Shown here: piece after piece, positions 60,518 to 64,000 of the stretch | Layout of the letters: the number at the start of each line of letters is the position of its first letter | Numbering within the stretch: position 1 is the stretch's first letter | DNA from: Blastocatellia bacterium | Lineage (GTDB): Bacteria > Acidobacteriota > Blastocatellia > RBC074 | DNA: 64,000 nucleotides | NCBI GenBank assembly: GCA_035652435.1 | Contig: DASRDU010000083.1 | Coordinates: 3,402 to 67,401 of the forward strand | Direction: 5' to 3' | Made by a program: the position numbers and the translations under genes | Notes under the pieces: model-generated | The model's database searches: none | Seen by the model: only the letters and a program-made list of their open reading frames with translations | Told to the model about the DNA's origin: nothing

Positions 60518-61462
60518 TCAGGCTTTGCTCAGCGTTCTGGAGAGCCTGTAGAGCGACGGCGCATAAAGCTTGAGCAGCAGGCGGAGAAAGGGCTTGTCCG
60601 AGATGCCGGTGCTGAAAAAAGACTCGGCGAAGCTTTTCAGCAAGGAGGTTCTGGCTCTCCCAATTTCACCGCTGGCCTCATAAACTTCCGCCAGTTGAAA
60701 GTACCAACTCGACTTCGTGGCCCTGATGAGTCCCGTGTACTTGCCGCGCAGGTATGTGTCGGCGTAATCGAGTACCCTGATTGAGTCAGAAAGCTGCGGC
60801 GCGCGACTCTGCAAGGCCCACACCCCGCCCCCGCTGACCCGATATGCCCCCATAACCTCGTCAAGGTAGCCGATCCGGCCGTGGACGGCGTTGAAGATGT
60901 GAAGCGGCCAGTCGCCGACCAGCACTTCATAAAACCATGCCGGGAACTCCCCGAACAATCCGCGCCGGAACATGACGGAGCAGGTGGACATGAAATTCCC
61001 CTTGAGCAGATCTTCAATCGTAGAGATTTCTTTCTGCCCGGCGGGACAAAAGCGGTGAGGTTCTTTGCTGCCGTCTTCGTAGACCACGGTCACGTCATGA
61101 AAACAAATCGAGCATTCGGGGTGGCTGTCCAGATATTCGACCTGTTTTTGCAGTTTGTCAGGCGATGTCCAGTAGTCGTCGCCTTCGAGCATGGCAACAT
61201 ATTGCCCCTTGCACTCCCCGAGCGTCCGCACGAAGTTCCGCTTCCCCTTCAGGCCGAGATTCTGCTCGTGCAGCAGCGCGCGAACCCTGCCGGGGAACCT
61301 GCGCTGGAATTCGGTCACGATGTCCCGGGTGCGGTCAGTCGAACAATCCTCGCCGACGAGGATTTCGTAATCGAAGTCCGTCCGCTGCATGAGCGCGCCC
61401 TCGATCGCCCGGGCAATGTACCGCTCATGATTATACGTTGTGATCGGGACGCTGACTTTCAT
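60518..61462 (-). CDS. glycosyltransferase family 2
   Basis: VSVPITTYNHERYIARAIEG...EILVGEDCSTDRT...MLEGDDYW. Confidence 0.8.
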   Translation of the reverse strand: MKVSVPITTYNHERYIARAIEGALMQRTDFDYEILVGEDCSTDRTRDIVTEFQRRFPGRVRALLHEQNLGLKGKRNFVRTLGECKGQYVAMLEGDDYWTSPDKLQKQVEYLDSHPECSICFHDVTVVYEDGSKEPHRFCPAGQKEISTIEDLLKGNFMSTCSVMFRRGLFGEFPAWFYEVLVGDWPLHIFNAVHGRIGYLDEVMGAYRVSGGGVWALQSRAPQLSDSIRVLDYADTYLRGKYTGLIRATKSSWYFQLAEVYEASGEIGRARTSLLKSFAESFFSTGISDKPFLRLLLKLYAPSLYRLSRTLSKA

Positions 61463-61486
61463 ACGGCGGATCGGACGTGAACACTC

Positions 61487-62716
61487 TCAGGTGGCACTTG
61501 CGGGGGTGGGCTGGGCGGCGGACGGATGGAGTCTCTCAGTGACTTCCCGGCCGTGGGTGATGGCCAGCCGGACGATCCGCGAGATCAGGGCGATGTCTTC
61601 CGGCCCGACCGAGGTGCCCGTGGGCAGCGACAGCACGCGCTGCACCAGCAACTCTGTCTCCGGCAGCATCAGCCCTGCGTGCGGGAAGCAGGAGCGGTAC
61701 GGCTCCATCCGGTGACAGCCGGGGTAGAAGTATCGTCTGGCAATCACGTTCTCGGCATGCAGGACCTGCAGGAGATCATCACGGCTGATGCCCGTTGCGG
61801 CCTCATCAATCTCCAGCACCACGTACTGATAATTCCCCTTCTCAACCGCGCTGTATGAGATCAGCCGCACGCCGGGCAGGTCTTTTAACCCCTCACTGTA
61901 CCGCTCGTAGTTCCGACGGTTGACGCTGATGAACTCCCCGGCGCTTTCCAGAGAGGTCAATCCCATGGCGGCGGAGATTTCGCTCATCTTGCCGTTGGTC
62001 CCGAGATGAATCACCCGGTCGTACCCGGCGAAACCGAAGTTCTTCATCAGCCGGATTCTGGCCGCCAGATCGTCATCGTTCGTGACTACCGCGCCCCCCT
62101 CAAACGAGTTCAGGAACTTCGTGGCATGGAAGCTGAAGACCTCGGCGTGGCCGAAGTTGCCGATCATCAGCCCCTCGTGTGTGCAGCCGAAGGCGTGGGC
62201 GGCGTCGAAAATCAGCTTCAGGTTGTGCCTTTCGGCAAGCGCCGCGAGCGACTTCACGTCACAGGCCCGCCCCCACAGATGCACGCCGATAATCCCGGTC
62301 GTGCGCGGCGTGATCATCCTCTCGACCGAACGCGGGTCGAGGTTGTGCGTCTCCGGGTCAATGTCACAGAAGACCGGCGTGATCTGCTGCCACTGGAGGG
62401 CGTGCGCGGTGGCGACGAAGGTGAACGAGGGGACGATCACCTCGCCGCCGAGCCCCAGCGCGCGGATCGCGATTTCCAGCGCGACGGTCGCGTTGCACAT
62501 CGCGATACAATGCCGGCTCCCGAGCATCCCGGCAATGCGCTGTTCGAACTCCTGCACATACGGCCCGCCGTTGGAAAGCCACCTCGTGTCCAGGATGCCG
62601 TTCAGCCGTTCGAGCAGCCGCGCCCGGTCGCCGACGTTGGGTCGCCCGACATGAAGTTTCTCCGCAAAGGCGGGGCCACCGCCGAAAATCGCCAGGTCTG
62701 TCAGTTGCAAATCCAT
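61487..62716 (-). CDS. DegT/DnrJ/EryC1/StrS-family PLP-dependent sugar aminotransferase
   Basis: VPSFTFVATAHA, FSFHATKFLNSFEGG (Lys of the PLP Schiff base), aminotransferase class-V fold. Confidence 0.9.
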   Translation of the reverse strand: MDLQLTDLAIFGGGPAFAEKLHVGRPNVGDRARLLERLNGILDTRWLSNGGPYVQEFEQRIAGMLGSRHCIAMCNATVALEIAIRALGLGGEVIVPSFTFVATAHALQWQQITPVFCDIDPETHNLDPRSVERMITPRTTGIIGVHLWGRACDVKSLAALAERHNLKLIFDAAHAFGCTHEGLMIGNFGHAEVFSFHATKFLNSFEGGAVVTNDDDLAARIRLMKNFGFAGYDRVIHLGTNGKMSEISAAMGLTSLESAGEFISVNRRNYERYSEGLKDLPGVRLISYSAVEKGNYQYVVLEIDEAATGISRDDLLQVLHAENVIARRYFYPGCHRMEPYRSCFPHAGLMLPETELLVQRVLSLPTGTSVGPEDIALISRIVRLAITHGREVTERLHPSAAQPTPASAT

Positions 62717-62728
62717 ATATCGCCCGCG

Positions 62729-63670
62729 TCAGCCCTTCTGATCGAGGACCGCGTAGCCGAACCCGGAAATGCCGAAACCATTCCCGTTATAGAAGAGGTA
62801 CTTTCGGCCCAGATGTTCGAGGACGTATGGGTATTCAATCATCTCTGAATCCCAGCCGCCCTCAGATATATCAATCCCGGCCAGATCATCCATCCGGTTC
62901 CAGTACTTTCCATCCTGCGACTCCGCGTACCCGATTCGGTAACTCGCCTCCTTCTCCGTCCGGTAGCCGGTCAGGCTGCGATATGAATACCACATTCGAT
63001 AGACCCCGTCCTCTTTCAGCACCGACGGTCTGGCGACCCCGGCCTCCGCTTCCGACTTGAGGTCTATCGCCACCAGCCCCTCGCGTTGCCAGTTAATCCC
63101 GTCCGGTGATTCCGCATACTTGAGGTGATAGAAGGGCTCCGGTCGGCCATCCGAGATTTCCCACCTGACGCACGAGAGGTACCAGATCTTCCAGACCTGC
63201 TCTTCAATGACCACACAGGAACTGGCGCTGAAGTGCGGCTCCAGAAAAGTCGTCCCGAACAGGGGGCCGTCCGAAAACCGCTCGAAGGTCCTGCCGCCGT
63301 CCCGGCTGATCGCCAGACCAATCGCATTGTGATACGGGATGGTATTCCTGACCATACAGCCAATGTAGTACAGATACTTCGACTCCCCGACGTTGATAAT
63401 CCAGGACGGCATCACCCCGCAATCATCGAATGTGCCTATCTTCCCTGAAGAGAGGACCGGCTCGGGATGCTCATAAAGGATATTCCCGGGGTGGCCGGCT
63501 TCTACTTCAATGTAGCTGATGTGGCTGCGACCGGCTTCATCTCTTGCCGCATAGTAGATGCGCCAGATTTGGTCGTCAACCTTGTCTACAACCGGCAGGG
63601 CGGCATGTGACTTACCCCACCAGTGCCGGCCTCCGGGGCGGTATATCAACCCTTGTCTGGTCCAGACCAT
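62729..63670 (-). CDS. five-bladed beta-propeller glycosidase-fold protein (GH43/GH32/GH130-like)
   Basis: 313 aa; repeated D-G/W-containing blades (FDDCGVMPSW, ISRDGGRTFER, AESPDGINWQ, AESQDGKYWN). Confidence 0.5.
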   Translation of the reverse strand: MVWTRQGLIYRPGGRHWWGKSHAALPVVDKVDDQIWRIYYAARDEAGRSHISYIEVEAGHPGNILYEHPEPVLSSGKIGTFDDCGVMPSWIINVGESKYLYYIGCMVRNTIPYHNAIGLAISRDGGRTFERFSDGPLFGTTFLEPHFSASSCVVIEEQVWKIWYLSCVRWEISDGRPEPFYHLKYAESPDGINWQREGLVAIDLKSEAEAGVARPSVLKEDGVYRMWYSYRSLTGYRTEKEASYRIGYAESQDGKYWNRMDDLAGIDISEGGWDSEMIEYPYVLEHLGRKYLFYNGNGFGISGFGYAVLDQKG

Positions 63671-63701
63671 TTCAGAAACCCACTTCCCTGCCCGATTTCA
63701 T

Positions 63702-64000
63702 TTACTGGTCGAGGACCGCGTAGCCGAACCCGGAAGCGCCGAACCCGTTCCCGTTATAGAAGAGGTACTTCCTGCCCCGATGTTCATACAGGAAGCAGTA
63801 CTCCATCATTTCAGAATCCCACCCGCTCCCGGCTCTGCTTATACCTGCTTCTGCATCCTTCCTGACCCAGTGAATCCCGTCCGCCGATTCCGCATAACCA
63901 AGCCTGTAACTTTTCTCCGGGTCAGACCGGTAGCTGCTGATATCGCGGTATGAATAAAGCATCCGCCAAGTTGAGTTCTCGATAAAGACGCAGGGGCGAC
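63702..64000 (-). CDS. paralog of the preceding beta-propeller glycosidase-fold gene; N-terminus beyond the window edge
   Basis: ORF is open to the window end; about 60% protein identity to the 62729-63670 gene, with near-identical C-terminus YLFYNGNGFG(A/I)SGFGYAVLDQ. Confidence 0.5.
   Translation of the reverse strand, partial: RPCVFIENSTWRMLYSYRDISSYRSDPEKSYRLGYAESADGIHWVRKDAEAGISRAGSGWDSEMMEYCFLYEHRGRKYLFYNGNGFGASGFGYAVLDQ

Noticed and set aside
61487-61510. TGGCAC at 61493 as a sigma-54 -24 element
   Set aside because: The GG-to-GC spacing to the nearest TTGC is 6 nt, not 10, and the orientation is antisense to the surrounding genes. Nothing else in the window fits TGGCACG-N4-TTGCW.

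Overview
This is a dense, high-GC (about 65%) chromosomal segment with no rRNA/tRNA genes, CRISPR arrays or transposase/integrase genes that I could find. Its gene content (carboxypeptidase-regulatory-like TonB-dependent receptor, CadC-type regulator fused to a TolB-like beta-propeller, many exported hydrolases) suggests an Acidobacteria-like organism. The ORF track treats GTG/TTG as Met, so several starts below were re-chosen. Left part (1-19 kb) holds a truncated class III nucleotidyl cyclase at the edge, a 1282-aa TonB-dependent receptor, an EthD-family pseudogene (two frameshifts plus an 18-bp tandem duplication), a cupin gene, a CadC/TolB regulator, a protein with a C-terminal TIR-like domain, a sigma-54 activator-like protein with degenerate ATPase and GAFTGA motifs, a recQ gene (C-terminal HEAT repeats) in an apparent four-gene operon with two tandem DUF488 paralogs and an unknown 245-aa protein, and an orphan peptide ABC permease pair. 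Middle part (19-42 kb) holds a module of two Cys-less asparagine-synthetase-like genes, a DapDC-fold PLP decarboxylase, a zinc-ribbon membrane protein and a single-pass membrane protein; then an RCK-pore-RCK potassium channel; then a run of exported hydrolases (GH3, carbon-nitrogen hydrolase with an extra N-terminal domain, GH29 fucosidase, TAT amidohydrolase, sulfatase, TAT alginate-lyase-family protein) interleaved with a LPG-synthase-TM-like protein and a GT-C-like membrane protein; then a family-5 SBP lipoprotein and a YkgJ cysteine-cluster protein. Right part (42.5-64 kb) is one minus-strand polysaccharide (O-antigen/EPS-type) biosynthesis locus of about 20 genes, from a WecA/MraY-family initiating transferase to two tandem paralogous beta-propeller glycosidase-fold genes at its 5' end. 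The most unusual candidates are the TIR-like protein, the recQ-DUF488 operon, and the AsnB-like/decarboxylase module with an adjacent long RNA hairpin.
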